Positions 27,262-40,776 are shown, counted from the stretch's first letter. The stretch is 64,000 nt of DNA from Octopus vulgaris (GCA_951406725.2 OX597830.1:41726001-41790000), one strand, 5' to 3'. Translations and numbers: made by a program. The notes: a model not told the origin generated them from the sequence alone.

Positions 27262-27294
<33 letters not shown>

Positions 27295-28617
27295 CACACA
27301 CACACATTTTGTATAATATATAATATGCAAACAGTTGCATGTTTTGGGGTTCAGCCCCACAACGTGGCACCTTCTGTGAATGTCTTCCCACACCGATCCA
27401 AAAGCTGAGTGGATTTGGTAGATGAACTGAAAAAGCTCATTGCGTGTGTGTTTATGCCTCCTTGTTTTGATATCAGACACTACTGAGATTATCATGTAGC
27501 TCACAACAAACTCAGGAGGATGACATTGCCTCCGTGTGTTTGGTGGGCGTTAAGGTATGAGGAAAGCAGTTGGAACAGACTAGGTTCTTGCAAAAGAGCT
27601 TACATGGTTACTCAGATTTAAGAAAAACCGAGAATAAATTAAGAGTATCTCCAAGGAAGTGGACAGCCGGCACCTCAGGTAGCAGGAACAGTAAGTGGGT
27701 GAGGGGAACGGATGTTTGCAAGAGTGTGGAGTCAGGAGACAAATGGGAAGTGGAAGGAGGTAGGCAACATCTGGAAGGATTGCAGGGAGGGAGTACACGA
27801 GTTGGGGAGACTACAGGGATGCTAGCAGTAGTGTAGTAATGATATTCACAGGGGAGGGAAGGACAGAGGTAGAGAGAGAGAGATGACATGTTGGGGTAGG
27901 CTGCAGGAGTAAAGTAGAGAGAGAAATAAAGTGTCATCATCATCAACTGTGGGATGGAATGTATTTTTTCCATGAACAGACATTGACATCAGTGATTACT
28001 TGTCACAGAATTGTGAAAGACTATAAACATTAAAAAGTTTTGTAAAGGATTACAAGATTTGTATATTACATTGTCACACTTTGCATTACCATAAATACGC
28101 ATACATTTAGTACATTACATGTAAAATATATTGTGTGCATATACAACACGAAGACAAAAATAAATAGCATATAATATGTATATGTGTGTATATATATATA
28201 CACACAAATGCACAGATCAGCATAGGAGTAGCAGTGTATTAAGAATTTTGCTTCCCAACAACATGGTTTAAGGTTCAGCACCACTGCATAGTACCTTTGG
28301 TGTCTTCCATAGCTCCAGGCTAACAAAAACCTTGAGGATTTGGTATACAAAAATTGAAAGAAGCTTATCATAAATAGGTGTGTGTGTGTGTGTTACTGTC
28401 TCTTTGCCTTGACACCATGTGATAGTTGTAAGCAAGTGTTACTGTCATGCAAGCAGTGTCTTGATTCCAGTTTTGCAAGTCATCTCTGGTCTTCATGAAA
28501 TATTACCTTGCTAAGAAGCAGGTAAGGGTTGGCAACAGGAACGACATCCAGCTATAGAAAACTCATGCAAGCATGGACAAGTGGACATCATAGGGAGGAG
28601 GAGGAGGATGATATGCA

Positions 28618-29480
28618 TGAGTGTGTGACACTAATGTCAAGACTGTGATGCATCATTATAGTGAGGCATGGGCCTTGAGAAAACTGGACAGAAGAAGTTA
28701 GCATGCTCTGTTGGATGTGTAATACAAGTGTGCATGAGAAACAAAATACAAATGGTTGAGAGAAAAAGTATTCATAAGAGGAATCAGATGTATTATGCAA
28801 GAAAGATAACTGAACTGGTATTGGGATGCAATGCACATGGATGAGGATGGCCATTCACTAAATAAAGATGGATGTAGCTAGCAGAATAGGGAGATCCAGA
28901 ACTTGAGACAAACTGGAGGCTGATCTCAGAACCTTGAACCTCAAGAAGGAGATGACAAAAGACTAGGATGACTGGTGATAACAGTTCTCAAGAACTGCCG
29001 CACCTCAGCAAAACAGATTCTGGAAGCATAATACATTACTGCCTCTACCACACACCTTATTTCCTCCTTAAAGTATTCCCACTATCCAGACCATCATACT
29101 TTACCAACTTTTTCTTGACATTACTTATCTTTCTTATTACCTGGAATCATTTTGATTGTTATTCATCTTTTATTCTTAATACTGTCTTCACTGCCCCACA
29201 TTTTACATCGGCCTCTCTTCTCTCTTGAGCCACCAAATTCTCTCATCCACCACTAAACATATCTCCCTCGCCCCATTCACTATACCTGCTGACCACATGT
29301 CATCTCTCCCTATCTGTCCTTCCATCTGCATTCATTCTTCTTGTCTACTCTAACATTAACCATACTTCTATGCCTACTTGTCCCTATTTATCTCCAACCC
29401 CTCTCGTATACACTCTTGCAATCTACTCACCCACACTTCTTATTCTCCTGTTACCACTAATACTTCCTTTTATCTCATAG
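28618..29480 (+). mobile_element. Decayed RTE LINE 3' part with pyrimidine-rich UTR
   Basis: Homologous to 46060-46350 (tatagtgaggcatggg = YSEAW). A similar pyrimidine-rich tract occurs at 21650-22430 (+) and 39630-40210 (-). Confidence 0.55.
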
Positions 29481-30041
29481 GATGCCTTGCCAAAGCACAA
29501 ATCTGAGCATGATGTAATCTTCAGAGAAGTCAGATCATGTTGAATCATCCAATATGGGCATTAAATGATGATAATCCACTCTAGGGATTGTGTTGAGTTG
29601 TATGTATGTAGTTGAAATTTATTGAAAAACAAAAAACGAAGACAGGTGTATTAGTTTGATGCTCAGGAAAGTGAGAAAGTCTTTTACGTTTCGAGCCTAC
29701 GCTCTTCAACAGAAAGGGATAAGAGAAAATAAACAGAGAGAGAATAAAAAAAAAACTTGTAGATTTCAGCTGTCCATATACACACACACACATTTACCGT
29801 CTATGTTTGCACAAGTTTAAGTGCAATGTGCTCCAATATCTACTTTGGTATTGCTTCTACCACTGGATGTACTTCTTAATACACACACACACATATATAT
29901 ATATATAATAAAGAGATCAATTGTGTGTACGAATACAAGTGCGTGGGTTTTGGACAGAGAGATATTCATGCGTTCAGTGAACATTCGTTATCCATGACAG
30001 CGTGGGTGACAGAAATATGATAAAGCATTATTTTGTAAATT

Positions 30042-30364
30042 TAGTTTCACACCAGACTCGATTTCGGTACTAAATAATTTTTCCCCGCGTTTTTATTATT
30101 TTTTTTTTTGGGTGCAATCGGCTTAGTTGACCTCGTAAGCTGTTGGAAATGCATTTTTTTCCGCGGAAAACAGAGGGGGTGGGGGCGGAACATTGGAAAT
30201 TCCCCTTTCTGCATTTGTTTTTCGTTGCAATCGTTTGTTTTCTGTAGCAAAAACAAATGCCTGGCCAGGTACCTGTGTAGACAGTTTGAACCCGGCCTTT
30301 TTACCCATTCTTTTAAATCTCACTATAAACGTTTCGTACTGAAATCGAGTCTGGTGCGAAACTA
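30042..30364. mobile_element. MITE-like element with 29-bp TIRs
   Basis: TAGTTTCACACCAGACTCGATTTCGGTAC (30042-30070) versus GTACTGAAATCGAGTCTGGTGCGAAACTA (30336-30364). Confidence 0.8.
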
Positions 30365-32913
30365 TAAATTTACCAATTATTTTGCAGTCAAATGCTTATC
30401 TTGTCGCTATTCTTCACCTTTCCTAGTAAGGCATCTGACATTACACATGGCTTTGAAGTCAGTTGATAGACTGACGTTACCGTTCGTTAAAACATTCACA
30501 GAAGCGAGTGCAGGTGTAAACAAACACATTCATATGCAAGTAGTGGTTATGATATTGGCTGTAATGTAAAAAGATTGTGCATTTAATTTATTAGTAGTGC
30601 GAACAACAGATGTGGTTTGGGTGATGAAATCTTCTCAAGCCAGGAAGTGGAAGTATTAAAGTTGATGTCATTTCTGAGACATGAGACAACAAGAACAATC
30701 CCATGGAAACAACTTATACACCACCACGCCCAAATACACACACACACAGAGGAGAGAGTTACAAACATATACACATTGTTCAAACAAAGTCATGTATGTA
30801 CAAGTTTGTGTGTGTATAGACATGCTTATAAACACATTCCTTTTTTACGCCAATCGTATTCATGGACTTAGTCCTTCGATATTGAAAAACCAAGTTTTGC
30901 TTTGACAGAAGGGGACACAACTCAACACAATAACGCAGAAACAGACGCACGAACACACGGAATCTCATTTACCAAGTCCCGCTCATAAGAGCATTGGTCA
31001 ATCCAGAAACTACGGTAGAAGACACTGTCCCATGGTGTGTAATCATATGATATATATCTATTTAGGTGGGTTTAAAATATAGGATTGCACAAAGGAACAT
31101 AGGTTGTTATTTACAAATTTGCGTAGGTGGGATACTTTCTTTACTGAAGCAATCATTTTTACTAACGACTAACACACATTTGCTTAGTAAGTTCTTTTGT
31201 CACTCAGATGGGCAATAGTTGTCGTAGCATTAGTATTGAACTAATTTTCGAGAGGTTAATAGTTCACACATCTCGACCTCTGTTATTGTAGCTTCGTATA
31301 CCACATTACGTAACATCATTTTGAACGCAGTTAAAACAAGTTTAACAAGAACAATGTAGAAAAATGACGTTTAAGATCTTCCTTCGTATTTTATCACATT
31401 TGCTTATTTAGATTAGCTTGATAATATTTTTAATGTTCGTGAATAAAGTTTTAAAATCTACAAGAATGAAGAATTTATATCTTTCATGTTTTCTATAAGC
31501 ATTTTCAACCATAGTGGTGGCCCAAAAGTTTCCGTTGATCATCATGTCCTTCCTCCTCATGGTATCCTTTCGCTAGTTAAGTATTTGATACGAAGGGAAA
31601 CAACTTGACACTGGTTTAGATAAGCAATGTGAAAAAGTTGGGTGTTACTTGCGAGCATTTAAATTTAAGATCCCTAGGTAACATCGGAACCCGGAACTTT
31701 GGCAGTTATCTGAGTATTTGTCTAGTTTTATGCTGGGACTATTCCTTATTGAGATTGAACAAGAAAAAGTTAATTTTTGTTTTAAAATTATTCAGAAACT
31801 GGTCGAAAGGGCCATGTGTTTATCTTTCCTTTTCTGATTAAACCACTGAAAATAAATTTGGCATACTTTCGGTATTAGTAAACGACGTCATTCACCCTAG
31901 CTTTTGTCTATGCCATAAGGGTACGTCTTGTGGGTGATGTCTATTAATATATATATTTTTTAATTTTGAAAAACAAAGTGTATTTTATCACAATTTTAAA
32001 ATGCTGACATACATAATTTTCGAGGCAGATTGATTAATTCGAAGAAAATTAGAAATAAAACACACAAAAGCTAAATAAGAATTTTTGGCCTAAGAGAATC
32101 GGTCCGTTTAAGAAAGAGTTAAGTTGATGAAGAACAACCAAATTGTCAATCACAACAGCAGAGAATTAAAACAATGTTTAATTCGATAGAGAAACATACG
32201 ATCAAATATTACAACAGAATCTTCACATTTTTATATGCGCGAAAAGTACAGATTTCGTACTGTTTAATTCATTTTATTTCTCTTCCAAGAAGAATGGTAT
32301 TCACATCAATATCCGGGTCGCGGTGAGCTGGTTTATTTCCAAAAATAATATAAGCCTTTACTGTATAAATTGAATCTTGAATATTACCCGACCGGAAACT
32401 CAAGGTGGTATTTAACATGACTAAGCTGTGCCGGTACATATGATTAAAAGTGATGTAGCATTGTTGATTAAAATAGCTTATAAACAAACAGCGATTTAAT
32501 GCTAAGCCTAATTGAAGTGTAAATTTCTTTTTAAATACCGCAGCCTATTATTTTGTTTTCTATGCTTTGTCATTTAAAATTATTCTTTTTCTCCCGTTCT
32601 TTCTTGAGAATTCCTTGTACTCCAACCCTTTAATTTAAATCTATGACCTTACTGTCCTCGCCAGCCTAAATCTTACGTAATTTTTATTCAGTCTTTCTCA
32701 CTCTCGTTAAAATGACAAAATCCATGCTAATAGTTGAAATTTATCTCTCATTATGTGTCTCTAGCTGAAATTTAATTTGTTCTAAGCGAACAACCGTTAA
32801 AGTCCAGTGGAAGAGGTTTGCTGAAGAAGGTCTTTATAATTCTGTGAAAGAGAGTTATATAAATTATTCAGTGTTAAAATATTGAAAAAAGCAGACACAA
32901 CACTGTTACTGTA

Positions 32914-33020
32914 GGCTGCCATCTTTACAACTACCCATAGTGCAGTGCGGTTTCGCTTCTAACTTTCCAGATGCTTCTAATAAAAACCAATGCCGTACAA
33001 CAAATATATATATAAAAGGA
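32914..33020. promoter_or_regulatory. Promoter-like cassette inside DNAJA2 intron 1 (YY1, ZNF143/Staf, HSE-like, CCAAT, TATA-like)
   Basis: AAGATGGCAGCC on - (32914-32925), CTACCCATAGTGCAGTGCG (32931-32949), TTCcaGATgcTTC (32965-32977), CCAAT 32987 and TATAAAAG near 33011. Confidence 0.55.
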
Positions 33021-35943
33021 AGGAGGAATTAAAAATCCTTGCAAATGTAATAAATTACAATTGAACAATAAAACTAGCTTCTATTTTGTATACATTTAAT
33101 AAACCAGATCTCGTATTTTGACAAAATATAGAAATAAATGACTTCAACAAACAAGGTAATAATGGCCGGCAACAAAACTAAAAAGCCATCAATGAATTAA
33201 CCTTAACAAAGAAAATCATTTACATAGTATAGGATATCATAGGAGAGGATTTTAAAACATACTATCGTCGTGTCGTGTTCTTTTTATAAGTTTATATATA
33301 TGGTTTATTGTCAAAATTAAATTCATTTAAGTTCTTGTAAATTTTATCAGATATAATTATACCAGCGAAAAATTTAAAGAAACTGGTGAAAAATTTCCAA
33401 CATTACTCCCCGTTTAGAAATAAGAATGCTAATGATCATTTGCTATAAGTAGGATTAAAACGGATATCGAAACAAAGTAGAATGAATAATTAAATCAATC
33501 TAAATTGTTAAACTGCTATCTTTCAATATCTGTGTCTTTCAAGAGGTGTGTGTAATAAGAGCAGCCATTTGCCGAGAGAAAAGACATTAAAGTTGAAGGT
33601 TAAAGGAGAACACCAAATATATTACGATCACAAATTTACAATACACACCAATATATTATATAGAGAAATATAAAATATATATATATATATATTTATATAA
33701 AGAATCAATGGTCCAAGTTAGCGGAAAAAGTGACGACGTTTAGGTATTGAAGTGACAAACTAAATCAGACTTGTATCTATGTGATAGAGTGCTAACTATG
33801 CTGAAAGCTGGCTAGTTGTAAATGGAGTTTCATTTTTCTCTACTCCCAAATGATTGTCATACAATAAGCAGGGGTAGACAGTGTAATCAAGACAGCATAA
33901 TCAAATTTCATTACAAATTTTTCACTTCTTATTTTTTGAATTGTTGAGATATTACAAATGAAGTTGTTGCCAGCGTTATAAGTTCAGTTTAATAGTTACT
34001 AACGGATAGATTACAAATTTAAGCTTAATGATCTACTCGGGGTTTTTCTTCATCTATTATTTTTACTTAGTATGTCCAAGCGATGTTTCGTTTTATGATT
34101 CAGTTAAGTGAAATAACTGAAGTGGTCAGAAATCAGCCAATGATAGAAATTCGGCATTGAAACAAAAGTGAAAGAATTGTTTTCTTTGAAATGAAATAAA
34201 AATCATACAAACCTGATGTAATAATAAAGTGATAACTGTAATGTTTTTTCGGGGGTTTTTTGGCTAAAATTCTTTTGATTTTATTATAATTTGTTGAATA
34301 ATAAACTAAAATATAAAAATTAACGGGATAGTTGTTGTCGAAAGCATTAAACAAATGGCATAAAAACATTTCTGAGTGTGATTGTCGCTAAGTAAATTCC
34401 TGCAAATAGGTATGAAAAAGAATGTCTCAAGTGCCTTATCCCTTCTTATGTATTTGTATTGGTAAATCGATGTCTTGGGTCTATGAAATAATGACAGCCG
34501 TTACACAATATCATGATTTGTAATCGATGATAGGTAAGCTAGTACTCAAGTTATATATATATATTTATACACGGGTACCTGACAACACCTGGTTAGTAAT
34601 TATTGGAAACAAAGTCGCAATATTTCGATCAGAGATAGGCACAAGTACACTCTTATGGGGATCTACCATGTCAAGAACCTAGTGACCCTCTTGATAAGGA
34701 CCACGGTGGTGTTTGTAGTGAATGAATGACTTTCGACTATCCCTACGATGACACATTTTCCCTCCACCAAACTGGACAAGAAAGCGACGCCGAAAAGCTC
34801 CATAACATATTGTTTGCAATCAAGCTGAAACCCACCAGCACCTATGTTCTTCAAAGGCGATGCAGTGGAATATGAGATCCAAAATATAAATAACCTTGCC
34901 TAATTCTTTGATAATACCCAGCTTTTCCATCTCAACATGTGTGGTGGCGATTAACGCCAAACGTATTGATTCATTACAATATATCACTGAATTATAAATT
35001 TAATACCAACGATGTGGGATAATACAATTATACTTTCAATGTTAATCGTAATTGATACAAATATCCAGTACCACATATAATTCCTTTCAGTTAGCTTATC
35101 GATGTTAATAATGTCGCCCGTAATTCTCACCGCCGCATGTCGTCTTTCAAGAGAACCAGCCATTTCTTCTCTCTAGATATAAACAATTTCGAAATAAACC
35201 AATTCCAAATAAAAAATTAAAAAATACATTCTCCCAGTTTCATTTCATTGCCGAATTTAGTCAAAGACATACCGAATATTTATTATATTATGACTGGTTT
35301 CTGTTGAAGGGGTAGTCAGATATTATCATAAATAACAGATTTTTTTTCTTCCCAATGAATAAACTAGTCTAATACATGTACTAAGTAGTCTTTCTCCCGT
35401 TTATATATCCAAAGATGTGTGTACAAATGTGTGTGTGCGAGGACGTAAAACCCGTAACAGATTGCCAAGTCATAATGGTGTCAACTTAAATGGCTAATAT
35501 TCATTTTTAATAGAGCCATAGGGTCTCCAAAAGCGGAAGTTTAATATAAAAGGAATCATTATTATAACTCGATCGGAAAATCATATATATACGAACTTAT
35601 TAATGGGGAACGGGGGCTAAAACAAAATATTATTACTATCACTGTTATTAACGAAAAAGAACATTTCAACTTCGTAGATCATTTAAGATCTAAGACATGT
35701 TTGAAACTGATAAATCAAAAGTACATGAAACAGAAAGAGGAGTATTCCTCGACACCCCTCTCCATCTGTCCATTTCCTTCTCTGCTTTAACCATATTTTT
35801 ATCAGAACAAATTTTTAAAAAAACATTTTCTTTATTCACTTCTATAATGGTTTATAATTATTGAAGTACAAAAATTTTGGTACTACTTTCAGTACGGAGG
35901 TCCCTTAACGGTACCCCTTAAATACTATCATATAAAACACCAT

Positions 35944-36001
<58 letters not shown>

Positions 36002-36183
36002 CTAGATATGTACAGATTTTGTAGGTGATAACACACGAAACTGTCGGCCCATGAGTCCCTATGTTGCTTCTGTGCTTAATAATAAAAAAAATATATAAAG
36101 ATTTTGTGCCTGTGTAAATATATTACATAACATTTTTTTTCTACTCACGTAGTTTTAAAACTAAATTTTGGAATACAACGTAC

Positions 36184-36252
36184 CTTTTTGATTTCACTAC
36201 CGGAAGCATTTTTTGTTACTCCCAAAACGTTATACAAGTTTAAATCTTCCAT
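36184..36252 (-). CDS. DNAJA2: DnaJ/Hsp40 class A, exon 1 (MEDLNLYNVLGVTKNASGSEIKK)
   Basis: J-domain helix I pattern LYxxLGV...ASxxEIKK, AAG|gtacgt donor, phase 0 into exon 2. Confidence 0.9.
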
Positions 36253-36329
36253 TTCTCGCAGCAGAGTCCTAATTTGCTAGTCTTCTCTCGGTGCTGTGCT
36301 TAAAAGTCACTTCAGTCACGGACAGAACA

Positions 36330-36395
36330 GACACACTTCCGTCTTGCTCAAAGGTAACTGACGTCACTACTCGCCAACCAATCAACGTCCGCCGC
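36330..36395 (-). promoter_or_regulatory. Proximal promoter of DNAJA2 exon 1 (ETS, CRE, CCAAT)
   Basis: ACTTCCG 36335-36341, perfect TGACGTCA 36359-36366 and CCAAT 36378-36382, about 80-130 nt upstream of the ATG in CpG-retaining DNA. Confidence 0.65.
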
Positions 36396-37724
36396 ACAAC
36401 TGTGTTTGGGAAACCTCGCTAAACACGAGCGACAAATGTGCGGCAGCCGTTCATTTTCATTATTCACTTCTGGTTTCAGTCAGCGGTCATTCTGGGGTTC
36501 CACCTCGAAGATTTTTAATCGAACGAATCACCCTCATTATTATATATATATATTTATTTATTTTAGCCTGGTATTATCAATTTCTAATGCCGAACCGCTA
36601 ATTTACAGGGATGGAAACAAACCAATACCGGTTATGAAGTGATAATGGGGACAATCACAAAGGCTTCTTTCTTCTGTTATAGGCACAAGGCCTGAAATTT
36701 AGGTGTAGGGTGGGGAGCTAGTCGATTATTGCTTTTATTGAATCTGAAAGGATGAAAGGCATAGTCGACCTTGGCAGATTTTGATCTCAGAACGTAAAGA
36801 GCCGGAAGAAATGCCATTAAACATGTCTGGTATGCTAACAATTCTGCCAACTTGAGTAACCAATGAAGTTTGTCGAAACCGCGCGGTAGCTTAACTTGTC
36901 AGAAATAATAGTCAAATCGCACGCAATCTCAGGAAAAAAACAATACAAAATCAGGAAGAACATATATATAATGTTCTAGAAACACCTAAAGAGACGGAAT
37001 GATCACAGCTGAAATGGCTTTTTTATCAGGGTTGACTTCAAGTTAAGCAACATGATTTTTCCATTCATTCATTCCTTCGGTACGTAATTAAGTGCCAAGA
37101 CCTCGCGCTCTTCACCATACATTGTCTCATGTGTCAATTCCATTCTGTACATCCGCGAGAAATGTTAGACACATCGTTGTTGATTGAACCGAACTGGTGA
37201 TGTTCAGAACTTTATTGTTGAACCTCAAGCTATTTCTCGTGTTTCAGAAACAAATATAATACATATGTAGGCAATGTTTCGTTTATGTATTCGGTGTCAA
37301 CCTACTTCATACAAATATATTGTACCTTAGCTTGTTACTTGAGACTCTGGTGTCACTTGATTTAAAAAGATACTAACAGTTTGCCATATTTAACAAGATA
37401 CTGACGGTTTGCCATATTTACTGTCCTTTAATATTTTACTTGATGGGGTGTGCAGAAATTTGCTTGTGTCAATTTCATCTTTGCAAATAAAGTACGCATC
37501 CATACGAGTTAACCATCTGTCAAACACTTAAGCAAATGAACACCACTTTAAAGTATGTATTACTTGAGAATTTATAAGGAAATTATCATTTTATTATATG
37601 AAATAATATCTTCAATTAAAACAATTCGATTCTATCTTGGAAATCTTACAAATGCATAATTTTTCCTATGAATGCTAGTTGTTAGCGTGGACACGCATGA
37701 GTGCACAGATTAGAAGGAAAACAT

Positions 37725-37845
37725 TGCTTTTGCGCATATTTCTGACCTGGATTTTTCTAGAAAGACGGCAACCATAGACATGCTTTAATAAAAAATTTCT
37801 CGAAACTTCCAAAATTATTTCCAACAGAGAATCCAACCAATAGTT
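37725..37845. promoter_or_regulatory. Heat-shock element cluster ~1.5 kb upstream of DNAJA2
   Basis: Perfect three-unit HSE TTCtcGAAacTTC 37797-37809, a TTCTAGAA dyad near 37755, TGCGCA, an RFX-like GGCAAC and a CCAAT. Confidence 0.5.
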
Positions 37846-40776
37846 TTCTTTACTTTTTCCGCGTTACAGGTTAATATATGGTTTGTTTGTTTTTTGTTTT
37901 TTGCCCCACACGAAATTTTAGTCTATGTAAAAGCAATTGTATTTATTTTCACGCAAATGGAATTCCCGAGGCCGACAGAACAACTCAACCGAAAAGAAAA
38001 CTGAACCGACTTTTTCCTTTTGTCAGTCAGTCAGTGGAACAGAGTTATGTGCCTTACTCAGGCACATTAAGAAGTTTTGCAATTACAGTCAGTCACTCCT
38101 GGCTCCTAATCACATGGCTTTTGTGGCCCACTTTCGAGTAGCGAAGAATGTTTGTAACGAAGTGTGTGTGCATATATATATATATCCACGTGTGTGTATA
38201 TATATATATATATATATAATATATATTATATACATACATGTGTGTGTATATTTATAATATATAAAACAGGTTGGCAATAGGCGAAATGGTATCAACTAAA
38301 TGGCTGATATTAATTTTTAATAATGGTATAAGGTCTCGAATTGCGGAAGGTTAATATATCAACGTTATTACATTAAGATCGAGAATAATGTACTCACGAC
38401 ATTTCATAACATTTATATAATATGTGAATAGAATATAGGTTAAATATCTGTTTTTGTCTACATTGTTCATATATTTTTCCACTGACTACTCCGAGTTATT
38501 TCTCTTAGCTCATGTTTATTTAATTTATGCAAATTACCTAAGCCATAAGTGTGTTCTACTCTCTTTGTATATGTTTATGTCCCTTGGCTACTTGGGCATA
38601 ATTTAGGACAATTGTTATGCAGACGATGCCTATTAAGGCAGAAACATGTCCCCTACGACTGCCCTCTTCTCTCAAAACAATAAGTTTCTCCTTTTCCTTT
38701 ATGGTGTGTCAACTTTGGAGCATTCTTAATTCTTGAGATTATTTCCTCTTTGCATATGGAACTGTTCTCACATAATCTACAGGCAGAGGTAGTTTTAATG
38801 AATCTAGAATTTATGTTGTATGGTATTTCGTATACCTGTATTTGTCTATGGTGTTCATATATATGCCACTGGCCACCAAGTTATTTCTCTTAAACTCACA
38901 TGGTGTTACCACATTAAATCACTTGTGCCAGTGTTGTGTAAAAGCACCCAATACACTCTAAAGTGGTTGGCATTCGGAAAGGCATCCACCTGTAGAAATT
39001 ATGCCAAAACAGACAATCAGAGCCTGGTGCAGCTCTCCAGCTAGCCAGCTCCTGTCAAACCGTCCAACCCATGCCAGCATGGAAAATGGAAGTTAAATGA
39101 TGATATATATTTTATCTTTTACTTGTTTCAGTCATTGAGCTGCAGCCATACTGGGGCACTGCCTTGGAAAGTTCAGTGGAGTGTATCAACTCCAATACTT
39201 ATTTTTAAGCCTGGTGCTTATTCTATCAGGCTCTTTTGCTGAACCACTAGGTTCCAACAGTGCTTGTCAAGTAGTTGGGGGGAGACAAACACAATGACAC
39301 ACACATAAATTAAGGGCTTCTTTCAGTTTCCATTTTACCAAGTCAACTCACAAGCCTTTGGTCAACCCAAGGCTATAGTAGAAAACACTTGCCCGAGGCA
39401 CCACAGTTTGACTGAACCCAAAACCATATAGTTGGGAAGCAAACTTCTTAAGACATCAGCATGTCTGTGCTTCCATGTGTGTGTGTTCATCATTTAATGT
39501 CCATAATGGCAAAAGTTCTAGCCACACCAGGTTCCATCGTCTATTTTGGCACAGTTTCTATGGCTGGATACCCTTCCTAACCACAACCACTTTGCAGAGT
39601 ATATCAGAGTACTTTGCATGACAAAAACCCCTCAACTGGGTGGGGGAGTAGTAGTGAGTGGGTGTAGCTTTGTGCCACTTGAGAAATTACAGGTATAGAG
39701 GGACAGGTAGGTGTCTTGCTGTAGAGTAGATACATGGATGACCCAGGTGGAAAAGAAAGGAGAGTGACTGAGAGAGAAAGATAAAGAGCGATAATGAGAG
39801 AGATGATAGCAAAGGTGCATCAGGGCTTACTCTTAAGGGAAATTGGGGAGGGTGAAATAGGTGGGGTGACACAGAGGTTTGAGCTAGGTGAGTGGATAGG
39901 ATTGGGGGTGACTGCAGCAAATGATGGTGAGAAATATAGGAGAGGCTTGGGAGCAGGGATTGTGGTAGATATGTGAGGGCTTGGAGGATGATTGCAGGAA
40001 GAAGGTAAGCAAGGTGTTAATGATGGAGAACAGCAAAGGGAAGAGAGGGGATTGGTTGAAGGAGGAGCTGAAAGAAAACACGAAGCATGTAGTATATGCC
40101 TATTCTGCTCTTGGATGATAGAGAGGTGATAGGTATTAGGGGATGAAATGTGGTGGCAGGAAGGTTGACAGAGCAGAGAAGGGGTGGGGCAGAGCCCCTC
40201 ATAGACTAGCATTGTTAAGGGAGTTTTAGGTTATCAGTTCTGCTGTGTTGGACTAGTCTTTTCTGAATAAAACAAAGCACCAGATATCTTGGTCCTTTGT
40301 CATCTCCTTCGTAAGACTGAGTGTCTTAAGATCAGCCTTCAGTACTATGTCCCATGTCTTCCTTTTCCACAAGTTCCAGCCACTTTAAGTGATATAATAT
40401 ACACATGCATGCACATACACACACACACACACACTCATCATCATCATTTAATGTCCATTTTCCATACTAGCATGGGTTGGATGGTTTGACTGAGGTCTGG
40501 AAAACCAGCAGCTGCATCAGGCTCCAATCTGATCTGGCAATGTTTCTACAGCTGGATGCCCTTCCTAACGCCAACCACTCTGAGAGTGTAGTGGGTCCTT
40601 TTTACATGCCTCTGGCATGAGAGCCAATCAGGCAGACCTGGCATCGACTGTTCAGTTGGTACTTTTTACATGCCACTGACACAGGAGCCAGTCTGGGGGT
40701 ACTGGCATCAGCCATGTTCGGTTCGTGCTTTTTACGTGCCACAAGCATGGGAGCCAGTCAGGGGGCACTAGAACTG

